Notes: generated by a model not told the origin, from the letters alone. A DNA stretch of 64,000 bases from Anaerolineae bacterium (GCA_013178015.1 JABLXR010000005.1:38532-102531); one strand, 5' to 3'; shown: positions 29,183 to 38,217, numbered from the stretch's first letter. Numbers and translations: made by a program.

Positions 29183-30643
29183 CTACCTCCTGACAAAGAA
29201 CCGCCCGAAGTTCGACACGTACGTGGGCAGGCGGCGCCAGGTGTCGGGGGAGGTGGCGCGCTGCCAGATCCGGCGGGGACGAAAGTAGAAGCGCCGGTAG
29301 GCCTCGTGGAACTTGCGCTCCACCAACCCCGCCGTCATGTCGCCCATCTCGAAGCGGGCGCGCTCACCGTGAATGGCCAGGTCGTGGTATCCGCTCGCCA
29401 GCAGCCGACCCTCCCGCTGCACCATCTCGTACAGCTCCGTCCCGGGCAACGGGTCGGCCATCATGAAGTTGGCCAGGTCCGGGTCCAGCTCTAGCGCCAG
29501 CCGAATGGTGTCCTCCATGGTCTCTTCGGTCTCTCCCGGTAGGCCGAAGATGAAGAAGCCCATGGTCTGAAGTCCGGCAGCCTTGGCGTTGGCGAAGGCA
29601 GCGCGCACGTCCTCGATCTTCTGTCGCTTCTTGATGGAGTCCAGGATGGCCTGGTTGCCGCTCTCCACCCCGAAGCCCACACGCTTGCAGCCAGCCCGCT
29701 TCATGAGGCGAAAGAGCTCGGCGTCAGTGTGGTCCGCTCGCATACCGTGGATGGTCACCCAGGGGACCGACGCCAGGCCCTCGTCAATGAGCAGATGGCA
29801 AATGCGCTTGGCCCGATCCAGGTCCAGATTCCAGACGTCGTCGGTGACCCCGATCTCGGTGGCCCGCATCTCCCGCACCAGATAGGCCCACTCTTCTACC
29901 ACCCTCTCCGGGGACCGAGCGCGCCAGGTGTTGCCGGTGATGGGCTTGGAGCAGTAGATGCACTGGTAGGGGCAGCCGCGCGAGGTGAGCAGGGTGTAGG
30001 CGCGGGCGTGCTTCTGCAGGCCGTCGGTGAGGGGCTGCAGGTTGGTGTAGCGTTCGATGGGGAAGAGGTGATAGGCGGGCCAGGGCAGGGCATCCACGTC
30101 CTGGCGCAGGGACCGTCCGGGGTTGTGCACCACCTTGCCCTGCTCGTCGCGGAACGAGACTCCGGCGATGCCACCCCAGACCTCCGCCCGAAAACGGCGT
30201 CCGCCCTCTCCCTCCAGGCCGCGGTCGCGTTGCAGGGCACGCATCACCTCGATGATGGTATCCTCGGCCTCGCCGCGCACCACCAGGTCCACCTGGGGCT
30301 TCTCCAGGGACTCGCCGGGATGCAGGGTGAGGTGTGGTCCGCCGAGTATGGTGATGGCGCCGGCGCGGTGGGCCACCTCGGCCGACTGCCAGGCTTCCTC
30401 GATCAGGGGGGTGGGGCTCGAGATGCCTACGACGTCGTAGGAGGCAGATGCCAGCCGGTCCGAGAGGGACCGGTCCTCCACCGACTCCTCGAAGATGTCC
30501 ACCCGGTAGCCGTGCTCAAGGAGGGACCCGGCCAGGTACCCCAGGCCCATGTGTATGTGCGCCCGCGAGTCCCACACGCGGGAGGTGGGGCTGACGAGGA
30601 GGATGTCACTGCCACAGAGGCACGGAGACACAGAGGAGCTCAT
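29183..30643 (-). CDS. B12-binding radical SAM protein (class B radical SAM)
   Basis: N-terminal cobalamin-binding domain and a CPYQCIYC radical SAM cluster motif. The first 11 codons are encoded by a repeat arm. The ATG overlaps the GxxExxY stop (ATGA). Confidence 0.85.
   Translation of the reverse strand: MSSSVSPCLCGSDILLVSPTSRVWDSRAHIHMGLGYLAGSLLEHGYRVDIFEESVEDRSLSDRLASASYDVVGISSPTPLIEEAWQSAEVAHRAGAITILGGPHLTLHPGESLEKPQVDLVVRGEAEDTIIEVMRALQRDRGLEGEGGRRFRAEVWGGIAGVSFRDEQGKVVHNPGRSLRQDVDALPWPAYHLFPIERYTNLQPLTDGLQKHARAYTLLTSRGCPYQCIYCSKPITGNTWRARSPERVVEEWAYLVREMRATEIGVTDDVWNLDLDRAKRICHLLIDEGLASVPWVTIHGMRADHTDAELFRLMKRAGCKRVGFGVESGNQAILDSIKKRQKIEDVRAAFANAKAAGLQTMGFFIFGLPGETEETMEDTIRLALELDPDLANFMMADPLPGTELYEMVQREGRLLASGYHDLAIHGERARFEMGDMTAGLVERKFHEAYRRFYFRPRRIWQRATSPDTWRRLPTYVSNFGRFFVRR
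30612..30638. repeat. Inverted-repeat arm CCACAGAGGCACGGAGACACAGAGGAG (left arm flanking the GxxExxY gene)
   Basis: Near-perfect reverse complement of 31016-31046. It lies inside the 5' coding end of the radical SAM gene. Confidence 0.7.
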
Positions 30644-31011
30644 AGGATGAGACGTTTCACTCCTTGCCTGAGGAGGCGGGTGTTGAGGTTGATGGGCAGG
30701 CCGGCTCTCTTGCCGGTCAGGCGCAGGTAGGTTAGCAGTTGCGCCTCGAAGACCGGATCGTGTCTCTCCACGCTCTCGATCTCCACGATCACGCTGTCGC
30801 CAACCAGCAGGTCGAGGCGGTAGTCACCGATGGGGTGACCATTGTAGACGAAGGGTACGGCCACCTGACGAGCGAACGGGACACGTCGCAGCTGCAGCTC
30901 CGGCGCCAAAGCCTCTTCGTGGGCCACTGCCAGAAGCCCCGGCCCCAAGTGGCGGTGGACCTCGATGGCTGCCTCTATGATCTGTTCGGTCAGCCCGTTG
31001 ATCTCGTCCAA
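30640..31011 (-). CDS. GxxExxY-family protein (PD-(D/E)XK-like), signature residues substituted
   Basis: Family pattern EQIIEAAIEVHRHLGPGLLAVAHEEAL...DYRLDLLVGDSVIVEIESV...AQLLTYLRLTGKRAGLPINLN. The GxxExxY positions read GLLAVAH. TTG start directly after the upstream stop. Confidence 0.7.
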   Translation of the reverse strand: MDEINGLTEQIIEAAIEVHRHLGPGLLAVAHEEALAPELQLRRVPFARQVAVPFVYNGHPIGDYRLDLLVGDSVIVEIESVERHDPVFEAQLLTYLRLTGKRAGLPINLNTRLLRQGVKRLIL

Positions 31012-32013
31012 TCAGCCTCTCTGTGCCTCTGTGCCTCTGTGGCTGGTCTCGACGGCCAGCGTTCGGCGTCGCTTGCGCAGCCACAGGAGCCCGCCGGGGA
31101 GGCTGCTGGTGTAGATGATGAGTTGCATGAGCAGCGAGACGGCGAGCGCTCCCGCGGGCGAGACTACCCCGCCCAGGCTGGAGTAGAGCAGATCGTAGGC
31201 CCCCTGATTGACCCCCAGCCCCCCCAGAGAGGGCACGATCAGAGGAGCGAAGGCGAGCATGGGGTTGAAGAGAAAGACGTATCGCAACGGTATCCCAGCC
31301 CCCACCGCCGTGGCCACCACCCAGTTGACCAGGTTGGAGGTGACGATGACCGCCAGGCCGATGCCGTAGGCCCGGGCCAGGGCGCCGGGATGATCGCGAT
31401 AGGTCTGCAGCGCCTCGGACAGGCGACCGTAGACCGGCTCCAGCCGGGATAGCAGAGGAAGCCGAAAGAGCTGCCCGATGAGCAGCCTGAGCCGGCGGCT
31501 GAAGAGCATCGCCAGGAAGCCGAGCGCTCCAGCGCAGGCAAGCCAGACCACTCCGGCCAGGGGCATCAGGTCGCTGCGACCCCAGCCAAACACGGCCACC
31601 GCCGACATGGCGGCGGCGCTGGTGATGAAGGCGGTGAGGCCCACCAGCCGGTCCACCAGGACGGATATGGCAGCGTCCTCGACGCGACTCAGGTGTCGGG
31701 CCAGGTCATACCCTCGCACCAGGTCGCCCCCTACGTTGGTGGGGAGGAAGTTGCCGAAGAAGAGCCCGGTGAAGGTGAAGGCCAGCAGGTCCGGGTAGGG
31801 CAAGGTCGCGCCCTGGGCCCGCAGGAGCAGGCTCCACTTGGCGGTGTTGAGGGCGATGGCGCCAAAGTACACCGCCAGGGCGGCGACCAGCAGAGGCACC
31901 GAGGCCCCGCCGAGGGTCGCGGCGACGGCATCCAGGTCCACCCGCCAGAGCAAGTAGGCGATCAGCGCCAGGCTAACCGCGATCTTCACCAGGTCTACGG
32001 CCCTCAGCCGCAT
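31012..32013 (-). CDS. Lysylphosphatidylglycerol-synthase-TM-region / flippase-like membrane protein (UPF0104)
   Basis: Start MRLRAVDLVKIAVSLALIAYLLWRVD, then about 8 TM helices. LPG_synthase_TM-like motif GNFLPTNVGGDLVRG. Confidence 0.7.
   Translation of the reverse strand: MRLRAVDLVKIAVSLALIAYLLWRVDLDAVAATLGGASVPLLVAALAVYFGAIALNTAKWSLLLRAQGATLPYPDLLAFTFTGLFFGNFLPTNVGGDLVRGYDLARHLSRVEDAAISVLVDRLVGLTAFITSAAAMSAVAVFGWGRSDLMPLAGVVWLACAGALGFLAMLFSRRLRLLIGQLFRLPLLSRLEPVYGRLSEALQTYRDHPGALARAYGIGLAVIVTSNLVNWVVATAVGAGIPLRYVFLFNPMLAFAPLIVPSLGGLGVNQGAYDLLYSSLGGVVSPAGALAVSLLMQLIIYTSSLPGGLLWLRKRRRTLAVETSHRGTEAQRG
31016..31046. repeat. Inverted-repeat arm CCTCTCTGTGCCTCTGTGCCTCTGTGGCTGG (right arm)
   Basis: Reverse complement of 30612-30638. 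It encodes the last codons (SHRGTEAQRG) of the flippase-like gene. Confidence 0.7.
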
Positions 32014-32065
32014 CGGCGCTCCCTGGAGACTATCCGGCAGGCGGTCGGGCAGCGAAGATTGAGGT

Positions 32066-33043
32066 TCATCGCCGGCTCTGAGGCGCCGCCTGCCCCTCCG
32101 GCGACGGTTCGGGTAGGGCGGCTCTCCGCTTGGAAGGCACCGACCGGGCCCCCACGTCCCCCTTCTGGCTCCAGGCCATGTCCCAGACGACATGGGTGCG
32201 CCGGCGCACGTAGTAGTCGTAGCCGCCTAACACGCGCGACAGCGCCTCCACCATGGCGAGGACCGCCAGGGCATATAGCAGCCACAACGCCGACTTGACC
32301 TCGCGCCAGGCCACCTTCAGCACCAACCGATTGTCCAGGCTGGCCACCTTGTGGCCGTACTTGTCCCTGAGGTAAAGGTGGCCAGCGTAGTTGCGCCGCC
32401 TCTGGCGCACAAAGTCGGTGAACGATTCTGGCCCCAGGTTGTACACCACCGCATCGGGGGCGTAGACCACCTTCAGTCCGCGCTTGATGACCAGGCTCTC
32501 CACAAAGGCCTCGTCCATGGCCACGTCGGGCGGTATGGCGTCGAAGACCTTGCGGAAGGCGATGAGCTCACCCAACCGGGGGATCTCCAGGCACAGGTTG
32601 TGCTCCATGGCCAGGCGCAGGTGGGTGAGGAAGCCCACGATGTGCTCCGGGGTGTTGACGGGCACCTTGTGCGCCCCGGTCATGCCTACCGTGGGGTCTC
32701 GAAACATTCCGATCAGGCTCTCGAAGGTGTCGGGGCCGGGCAGGGTATCCCCGCTCTCCACCGCGCAGATGTCCTCGGTGGCATGCTTGAGGAACACGTT
32801 GACGGCCGAGGTCTTGCCCTCGCGCCTTTCTTGGGTGTAGAGCTCTATGCGAGGGTCCCGGGCCATGAACTCCCGCACGATCTCCTCGGTGCGGTCGGTG
32901 CAGGCACTGGCGACCACTACGATCTGGCTAATCGCGACGGTGCTGAGCTGCTGATCCAACAGGGCCTGGAGGAGCCGGCCGATGTTGGCTTCTTCGTTGT
33001 AGGCGGTGATGCCGACGCTGCAACGGATGATCTGGTCAGTCAT
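32066..33043 (-). CDS. Glycosyltransferase family 2
   Basis: GT-A motifs (SVGITAYNEE; DxD-like ESGDT), with a TM region near the C-terminus. Confidence 0.8.
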   Translation of the reverse strand: MTDQIIRCSVGITAYNEEANIGRLLQALLDQQLSTVAISQIVVVASACTDRTEEIVREFMARDPRIELYTQERREGKTSAVNVFLKHATEDICAVESGDTLPGPDTFESLIGMFRDPTVGMTGAHKVPVNTPEHIVGFLTHLRLAMEHNLCLEIPRLGELIAFRKVFDAIPPDVAMDEAFVESLVIKRGLKVVYAPDAVVYNLGPESFTDFVRQRRRNYAGHLYLRDKYGHKVASLDNRLVLKVAWREVKSALWLLYALAVLAMVEALSRVLGGYDYYVRRRTHVVWDMAWSQKGDVGARSVPSKRRAALPEPSPEGQAAPQSRR

Positions 33044-33057
33044 GCCCCTCACCCAGA

Positions 33058-33082
33058 GCCACAGAGACACGAAGACACGGAG
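33058..33082. repeat. Solo arm-like copy CCACAGAGACACGAAGACACGGAGG
   Basis: Same word family as 30612-30638. It sits just upstream of the GT2 start. I found no partner arm. Confidence 0.35.
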
Positions 33083-33086
33083 GTAC

Positions 33087-33322
33087 TCACCGGCGTTCCC
33101 TCTGGCTGGCGTTCAGCACGGTCACGCCCACCACTTCCCCTTCCTGGTAGCGTATGATGATTCATCATCGGTGAGCTCGGAATCGTCGGCGTGGCTCGGC
33201 TTGCGGAAGTTGATGTAGAGAACGTCTGCCTCCTCATCGTACGTCACCCAGATTCGCTTGTGCGAAACCCCAAGCAGTCCAGGAACGAGAGCCAACACCC
33301 TATCCAACTCTACTGTGGCCAC
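33087..33322 (-). pseudogene. DUF2283-family (antitoxin-like) gene with an apparent 1-nt deletion frameshift
   Basis: Frame 0 gives ...IWVTYDEEADVLYINF...SELTDDE, then stops early. The -1 frame continues IIIRYQEGEVVGVTVLNASQRERR, matching the DUF2283 C-terminal consensus (IILDYDKEG.IIGIEILDAS). The shift lies in an AA run inside the palindrome GATGATGAATCATCATC. Confidence 0.5.
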
Positions 33323-33618
33323 AGCTTCACCCTCCTCTCCAACCGTGCTCTTCGTCGGGTAAGGAAGGCAGTGATGACGAAGCCGTCACTGGCACTCAGC
33401 TCTCGATACACCACCAGATACTTGCCCGGGTCTACTTCTCTTACCGCCAGGCACTCACCTGCGCTACCCTGATAGACCGCCTCGGCTCCTACCACCGCCT
33501 CCAGGACCTCGAAGTAGTAGCCGGCCAATTCGGAGTGTTGCTCAGTGATATGAAACCACCTGTCCTGAGAGAGCCGAATGGGTACACCCTTTCTGGAACT
33601 GACCGTTTCCGAGCTCAT
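33310..33618 (-). CDS. DUF4258-like (toxin-like) small protein
   Basis: 103 aa (IRLSQDRWFHITEQHSE...YLVVYRELSASDGFVITAFLTRR). It overlaps the DUF2283 start and abuts the stop of the second radical SAM gene. Confidence 0.5.
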   Translation of the reverse strand: MSSETVSSRKGVPIRLSQDRWFHITEQHSELAGYYFEVLEAVVGAEAVYQGSAGECLAVREVDPGKYLVVYRELSASDGFVITAFLTRRRARLERRVKLWPQ

Positions 33619-35018
33619 CACCCGAACGCCGTCCGCCAGGCCACCCGCACGGTGCGGGGCAGGTCGCGGTAGGTGCTCCAGCGGGTGAGCTGCCGGAGGA
33701 TGCGGGCGGGGCGCCAGTAGAAGCGGCGATAGGCTTCCTTCCACTTGCGCTCCACCAACTCCGCCGGCAGCCCCGGCATCTCGAAGGCCGCCTTGCCCTC
33801 GAAGAAGGCGTAGTCGTCATAGTCCTTCACCAGGATGCGGCCACCTTGCCTCACCTGCTGGTACATTCGGGTGCCCGGGAAGGGGGTGGCCATGGAGAAG
33901 TTGGCCACTAACGGATCCAGCTCGCAGGCGAAGCGTATGGTGTCGTCTATGGTCTCTTCCGTCTCACCCGGGAGCCCCACTATGAAGAAGCCGATGGTCT
34001 CCATCTTGGCCGCCCGAGCAGCGGCGAAGGCGTGACGGACCTGCTCCAGGGTGAGCTTCTTGCCGATGACATCATCGAGGATGCGCTGATTGCCGCTCTC
34101 CACCCCGAAGGCGGTGCGAACGCAGCCGGCCTGGCGCATCCGCGTCAGCAACTCTTCGTCCACCAGATTGGCCCGGATGCCGTTGATCATGATCCAGGGC
34201 ACGTGGTTGAGCCCCTCCTGGATCAGCCGGTCGCATATGGCCAGCACACGCCTGCGGTCTATGTTGAAGGAATCGTCCAGGACGCCGATCTCCTTCGCCC
34301 CCAGGTCCCGCACCAGCCAGCGCCACTCGGCCACCACGCTTTCGGGGGAGCGAGCCCGCCACAAGCGAGGCCCCGTCTGGCAGCAATAAGAGCAGCTGTA
34401 AGGGCAGCCACGAGAGGTGAGGATAGGGTAGCTGGGGACCCGAGGCGCGTCTATGGTGGGTTGCAGGTTGGTGTAGCGGTCCATCCGGAAATGGTGGTAG
34501 GCCGGGAAGGGCAACCCATCCAGGTCCTTGATGGGCGGGCGCTCACGGTGGTGCCGGACTTGCCCTTCGAGGCGGTGGCTTATCCCGGCTATGCCCTCGA
34601 CGGCAGCCGGCCATTCCTCTCGAACGCGCCCCTCGAGCGCGGCGCACAGCTCCGTCCAGGTGTCCTCACCCTCGCCGCGCACCACGAAGTCCACTCCCGG
34701 TTGGGCCAGGCTCTCCTCCGGAAGCACGCTCGGATGCGGCCCTCCCAGGACGACAGGAGCAGAGGTCAACTCCCGCACCAGAGCTGCGTCCCGCCAGGCC
34801 GACTTGACCTGGATGCTGTTGGCGCTGATGCCTACGATGTCCGGGCCAAACTGGCGCAGGATCTCGGCCAGGCTCTGCCGCTCCACGTTCCCATCGTACA
34901 CGCGCACCTGGTCACCTCGCCTCTCGGACACCGCGGCCAGGTAGGCCAGGCCCAACGGGGGCGAGGTGCGAGTCTCTATGGGCAGATGGACGCGAGGGGC
35001 AACGAGAAGGACTCTCAC
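33618..35018 (-). CDS. B12-binding radical SAM protein, paralog of 29183-30643
   Basis: Cluster motif CPYSCSYC. Same domain order as the first copy, with about 50 % identity by eye. GTG start (VRVLLVAPRV). Confidence 0.85.
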   Translation of the reverse strand: MRVLLVAPRVHLPIETRTSPPLGLAYLAAVSERRGDQVRVYDGNVERQSLAEILRQFGPDIVGISANSIQVKSAWRDAALVRELTSAPVVLGGPHPSVLPEESLAQPGVDFVVRGEGEDTWTELCAALEGRVREEWPAAVEGIAGISHRLEGQVRHHRERPPIKDLDGLPFPAYHHFRMDRYTNLQPTIDAPRVPSYPILTSRGCPYSCSYCCQTGPRLWRARSPESVVAEWRWLVRDLGAKEIGVLDDSFNIDRRRVLAICDRLIQEGLNHVPWIMINGIRANLVDEELLTRMRQAGCVRTAFGVESGNQRILDDVIGKKLTLEQVRHAFAAARAAKMETIGFFIVGLPGETEETIDDTIRFACELDPLVANFSMATPFPGTRMYQQVRQGGRILVKDYDDYAFFEGKAAFEMPGLPAELVERKWKEAYRRFYWRPARILRQLTRWSTYRDLPRTVRVAWRTAFG

Positions 35019-35548
35019 CAGAGACACTCCGGCAGGGCCGCACACGGCCCCGTTCCACGTGTGGAATCGGCGCCAGTATAGCACAGGCCACCGGCGGCCA
35101 AAACCCACGTACACATAACTGAGCCACCAGCGCGCCTGGTCAAGGCACTCTACTGCAGAAGCCGTGCCCGGGCGGCGCCCCTAGCACCGACTGCCGGCAT
35201 CTCGGGATCACCGGTGGCTATGATGTGCCCCTAGGGAGGGCATTGGCGAGCCCCTCATCCAGTGGGGACGGCATGCCGAGCGCCGCCATCCCGCCAAGCC
35301 ACCACCTGGCCGGCATCTCTTCGCCCCTCGGCCGGACAGGCGGTATGATGACTCTGTGGCCCTTGATCGGTATCCGGCACCGATGGGCAGAGGCGGTCCC
35401 GGCCGTGCACGATGTCGGCGTGGCCGAACCCATACGCAACTGGGGCTACCGTGCCGGAGCGCCGGGTGCCATGCTCTCTTGGGACAGGCAGTAGTGGGGA
35501 GGCTAACCTGAGCCTGCTTCCTGCCTTGCGCTGCGACGGAGTGGCTCG

Positions 35549-35974
35549 ATGCTGCAGGTAACACCGGACATAACCATAGATGAGAGCGAGCTAGAGGAGG
35601 AGTTCGTCCGTTCGTCGGGGCCAGGTGGCCAGAAGGTGAACAAGGTGGCCACAGCGGTGCAACTGCGCTTCAACGTTTTCCAGTCTTCCTCGTTGCCCGA
35701 GCCGGTGCGGGAGCGGCTATTGCGGCTGGCGGCCGGGCACATCTCCGACCAGGGTGTGCTCACCATCAACGCCCGCCGCTTTCGCTCCCAGCAGCGCAAT
35801 CGCCAGGACGCGCGCGAGAGGCTGGCGGAACTGGTACGTCAGGCGGCCCGACCGCCACGGCGCCGTCGCCCCACCCGGCCCTCCGCTGCCTCCCGCTCCC
35901 GGCGCCTGGAGAGCAAGCGGCGGCGGGGCGAACTCAAGCGGTTGCGGCGTCCTCCGGCGTCCGATTCCTCGTAG
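35549..35974 (+). CDS. arfB: Alternative ribosome-rescue factor ArfB (peptidyl-tRNA hydrolase, GGQ family)
   Basis: GGQ motif in SGPGGQKVNKVATAV plus a basic C-terminal tail. Confidence 0.8.
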   Translation: MLQVTPDITIDESELEEEFVRSSGPGGQKVNKVATAVQLRFNVFQSSSLPEPVRERLLRLAAGHISDQGVLTINARRFRSQQRNRQDARERLAELVRQAARPPRRRRPTRPSAASRSRRLESKRRRGELKRLRRPPASDSS

Positions 35975-35986
35975 AGGCAGCAGTTC

Positions 35987-36009
35987 GCCCTGTCCCCCGG
36001 ATCAGGGCT
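35987..36009 (+). terminator. Short hairpin after arfB (GCCCTG...CAGGGC)
   Basis: 6-bp stem 13 nt after the stop. Weak. Confidence 0.25.
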
Positions 36010-36119
36010 CGATCTCGTGCTGGTGGCGGCCCTTGACAGGCCACTCGCACCACTATTACACTCGCCCCCAGGGGCAGGTGAAGTGGAAGTACCCCCAATC
36101 AAGTTAGCGCCTGCCCAGG

Positions 36120-36308
36120 ATGGAGGTTAGTATGGCCATGACCATTACCTGTCCGTTCTGTGACCATCGCATCACCGCCGACTCTGAGGACCAAGTCATG
36201 CGAGAGGCAGCCGAGCACATGAGGTCCGTGCACAACCGCGAGCCGACCGAGTCCGAGAAGCGCATGATCCGGGAGCAGTTGAGCACTTCCGCCGGGTCGC
36301 CTCGCTAG
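36120..36308 (+). CDS. DUF1059-like small metal-binding protein
   Basis: 62 aa (ITCPFCDHRITADSEDQVMREAAEHMRSVH). The family call is from recollection. Confidence 0.45.
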   Translation: MEVSMAMTITCPFCDHRITADSEDQVMREAAEHMRSVHNREPTESEKRMIREQLSTSAGSPR

Positions 36309-36393
36309 AGCGCGCACGCCCGGCCAAAGAACGACAGAGAGCCGGCGGCTTTGGCGGTCGCCGGCTCTCCTGCTACCTCCTGACTCCTCTTCC

Positions 36394-37446
36394 CTACAGC
36401 GGCAGACTGACCGGTCGGCCCTCGCGAGCGGACCTGTAGATGGCTAGGTTGACCTCCACGGCCTTACGGGCTTCCCGTCCGTCTATCATGGGGGTGCCGC
36501 CCTCCTCGATAGCTCGGATGAAGGCGGCGATCTGATCCACGTGGGCGTCCACCGCCGGACGGCGCAGCGCCGCCCTGGGATCGGCAGCCCCGGTGACGCT
36601 GGCGCCTTTCCCCGTGTCCTCGGGCTTGGGCATGCCCTCTACGTCCCAGTAGGTGACCTCATCGGAGACGAGGAAGATGTTGCCCTTCTCCCCATGCAGG
36701 TCCATGCGGGCCGGTAGCCCCTTGTAGATCGAAGTGCTGGCCTGGATGGTGCCGATGGAACCATCCAGAAAGCGGACAGCCGCCACGGCCACGTCCTCCA
36801 CTTCAATCCGCTCGTGGTGGGCGGCGATGTCGGCGTAGGCGAAGACCTCCTTCACCCCGCCCATGATCCACTGGATCAGGTCCACATAGTGCACCCCCTG
36901 ATTCATGAGGGCGCCGCCGCCGTCCCACCGCCAGGTGCCGCGCCATTCGTCGCCATCGTAGTAGGACTGGGCCCGATACCAGGGGACGAAGGTGTTGCCG
37001 ATCACCATCTTCCCCATAGCCCCACTGGATACCGCCTGCTTGGCGGCACGGTACGATGGGTAGCTGCGGAACTGATGCACCGCTCCTAGCTTGACCTGGT
37101 TGTCCTCGCAGGCCTCGATAAGCCGATCTATGGCCTCCAGAGTCACGTCTATCGGCTTGGTGACGAATACGTGCTTGCCCGCCCGGGCCGCTTCCACCCC
37201 CACCTGAGCGTGCCGGCCGCTCCACACCACCACATCCACGATGTCTACGTCGCCGCGGGCAAGCACGTCCTTGAGGTCATAGCAGGGCTGGGCGCCGTAC
37301 TTGGCGGCCAGCTCATCCGCCTTCTCCTTGACCACGTCACACACGGCCACCAAGCGCGCGTTCGGCAGGGCGCTGATAGCTTCGGTGTGCACCGGCGCGA
37401 TGACGCCCGCGCCCACTAGGGCTATGCCATACTGCTTCCCTGACAT
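36394..37446 (-). CDS. Gfo/Idh/MocA-family NAD(P)-dependent oxidoreductase
   Basis: Rossmann motif IALVGAGVIAPVH and a GFO_IDH_MocA C-terminal domain. Start MSGKQYG, with GGAGGTG upstream. Confidence 0.85.
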   Translation of the reverse strand: MSGKQYGIALVGAGVIAPVHTEAISALPNARLVAVCDVVKEKADELAAKYGAQPCYDLKDVLARGDVDIVDVVVWSGRHAQVGVEAARAGKHVFVTKPIDVTLEAIDRLIEACEDNQVKLGAVHQFRSYPSYRAAKQAVSSGAMGKMVIGNTFVPWYRAQSYYDGDEWRGTWRWDGGGALMNQGVHYVDLIQWIMGGVKEVFAYADIAAHHERIEVEDVAVAAVRFLDGSIGTIQASTSIYKGLPARMDLHGEKGNIFLVSDEVTYWDVEGMPKPEDTGKGASVTGAADPRAALRRPAVDAHVDQIAAFIRAIEEGGTPMIDGREARKAVEVNLAIYRSAREGRPVSLPL

Positions 37447-37566
37447 CGCTGCACCTCCACTGATCTTGAGGAGGTGGAACAAGCAGCGGGCGGCACGCGT
37501 CCGCGCTCGTGGCACCCCGGAGGACGAGGCTAGCTCAGCCGCTGAGCTGTGTCAACGCGCTGGATA

Positions 37567-37659
37567 GAACGCTGATGCCGCTGATATCACGCTGATCTAC
37601 GCTTATCGGAAAGAAGACCAAGGGAAGGGATAGTGTGCCATCAGCCGAATCAGTGTTCT
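37567..37659. repeat. Imperfect hairpin element of CGCTGAT-word type
   Basis: GAACGCTGATGCCGCTGATATCACGCTGATC...CCATCAGCCGAATCAGTGTTC with a GA-rich centre. It is related to the element at 54835-54956 (shared ...ATCAGYGTTCTGTCG end). Confidence 0.6.
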
Positions 37660-38033
37660 GTCGGCACCGGCGCGGCCCGCCGGTTGGTAAGAGCTCAGGA
37701 TCGGGGGGACGAGTGTGTTCAGCCGGCAGTCGCGCGCAGGTGGTTTCCCCACCGGCTTTCGCGGCAGGCTCTTCGGCCGGCTAGGAGGGCAAGGCGCCCG
37801 CATCCCGGCAGGTCCCAGCCTGTTTCTGAGGAGTGCGCGCCCCAGGCGCGGTAACCACCTGGGGGGACGGCGCGCATGGGGGCGGGCAGTCCTCGAAGCA
37901 AGGTGTTCCTGCGGTGCAGTCGGGGCTGGCTCGCCTAGCCCGAGCGCAGCGCAGGCCCTGAGCGACGGCGGTGGGCGGCATGTGTCTCCCCGATCCTGAG
38001 CTGCAACCGCCGGTTCGGGCGCGTAGCGTACAA

Positions 38034-38044
38034 TTGTGGTATAA
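38034..38044 (+). promoter_or_regulatory. Extended -10 promoter element TGTGGTATAAG upstream of the GT4 gene
   Basis: Identical 11-mer to the csp promoter. It lies about 175 nt upstream of the GT4 ATG, in a 770-nt non-coding stretch. Confidence 0.4.
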
Positions 38045-38217
38045 GATACATGAAAGGTACTCTAACCCTACTGCGGGACCGGAGGGCCTCGGCGGTGATC
38101 CTGCCGGACCCTAGGCCCTGAACTTGCAGACAGACCTTCGCCCATCTCCTCCACGGGCGGGGAAGGCCCACCGGTCTGGCGGCGCACCGGGAGTCTACCA
38201 GGGAGTATCTGACAGAG

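Noticed and set aside
29729-30730. 333-aa plus-strand ORF antisense to the first radical SAM gene (and 34032-35081 antisense to the second)
   Set aside because: Both are Gly/Ala/Arg-rich antisense frames. The minus-strand frames carry CxxxCxxC and B12-binding motifs.
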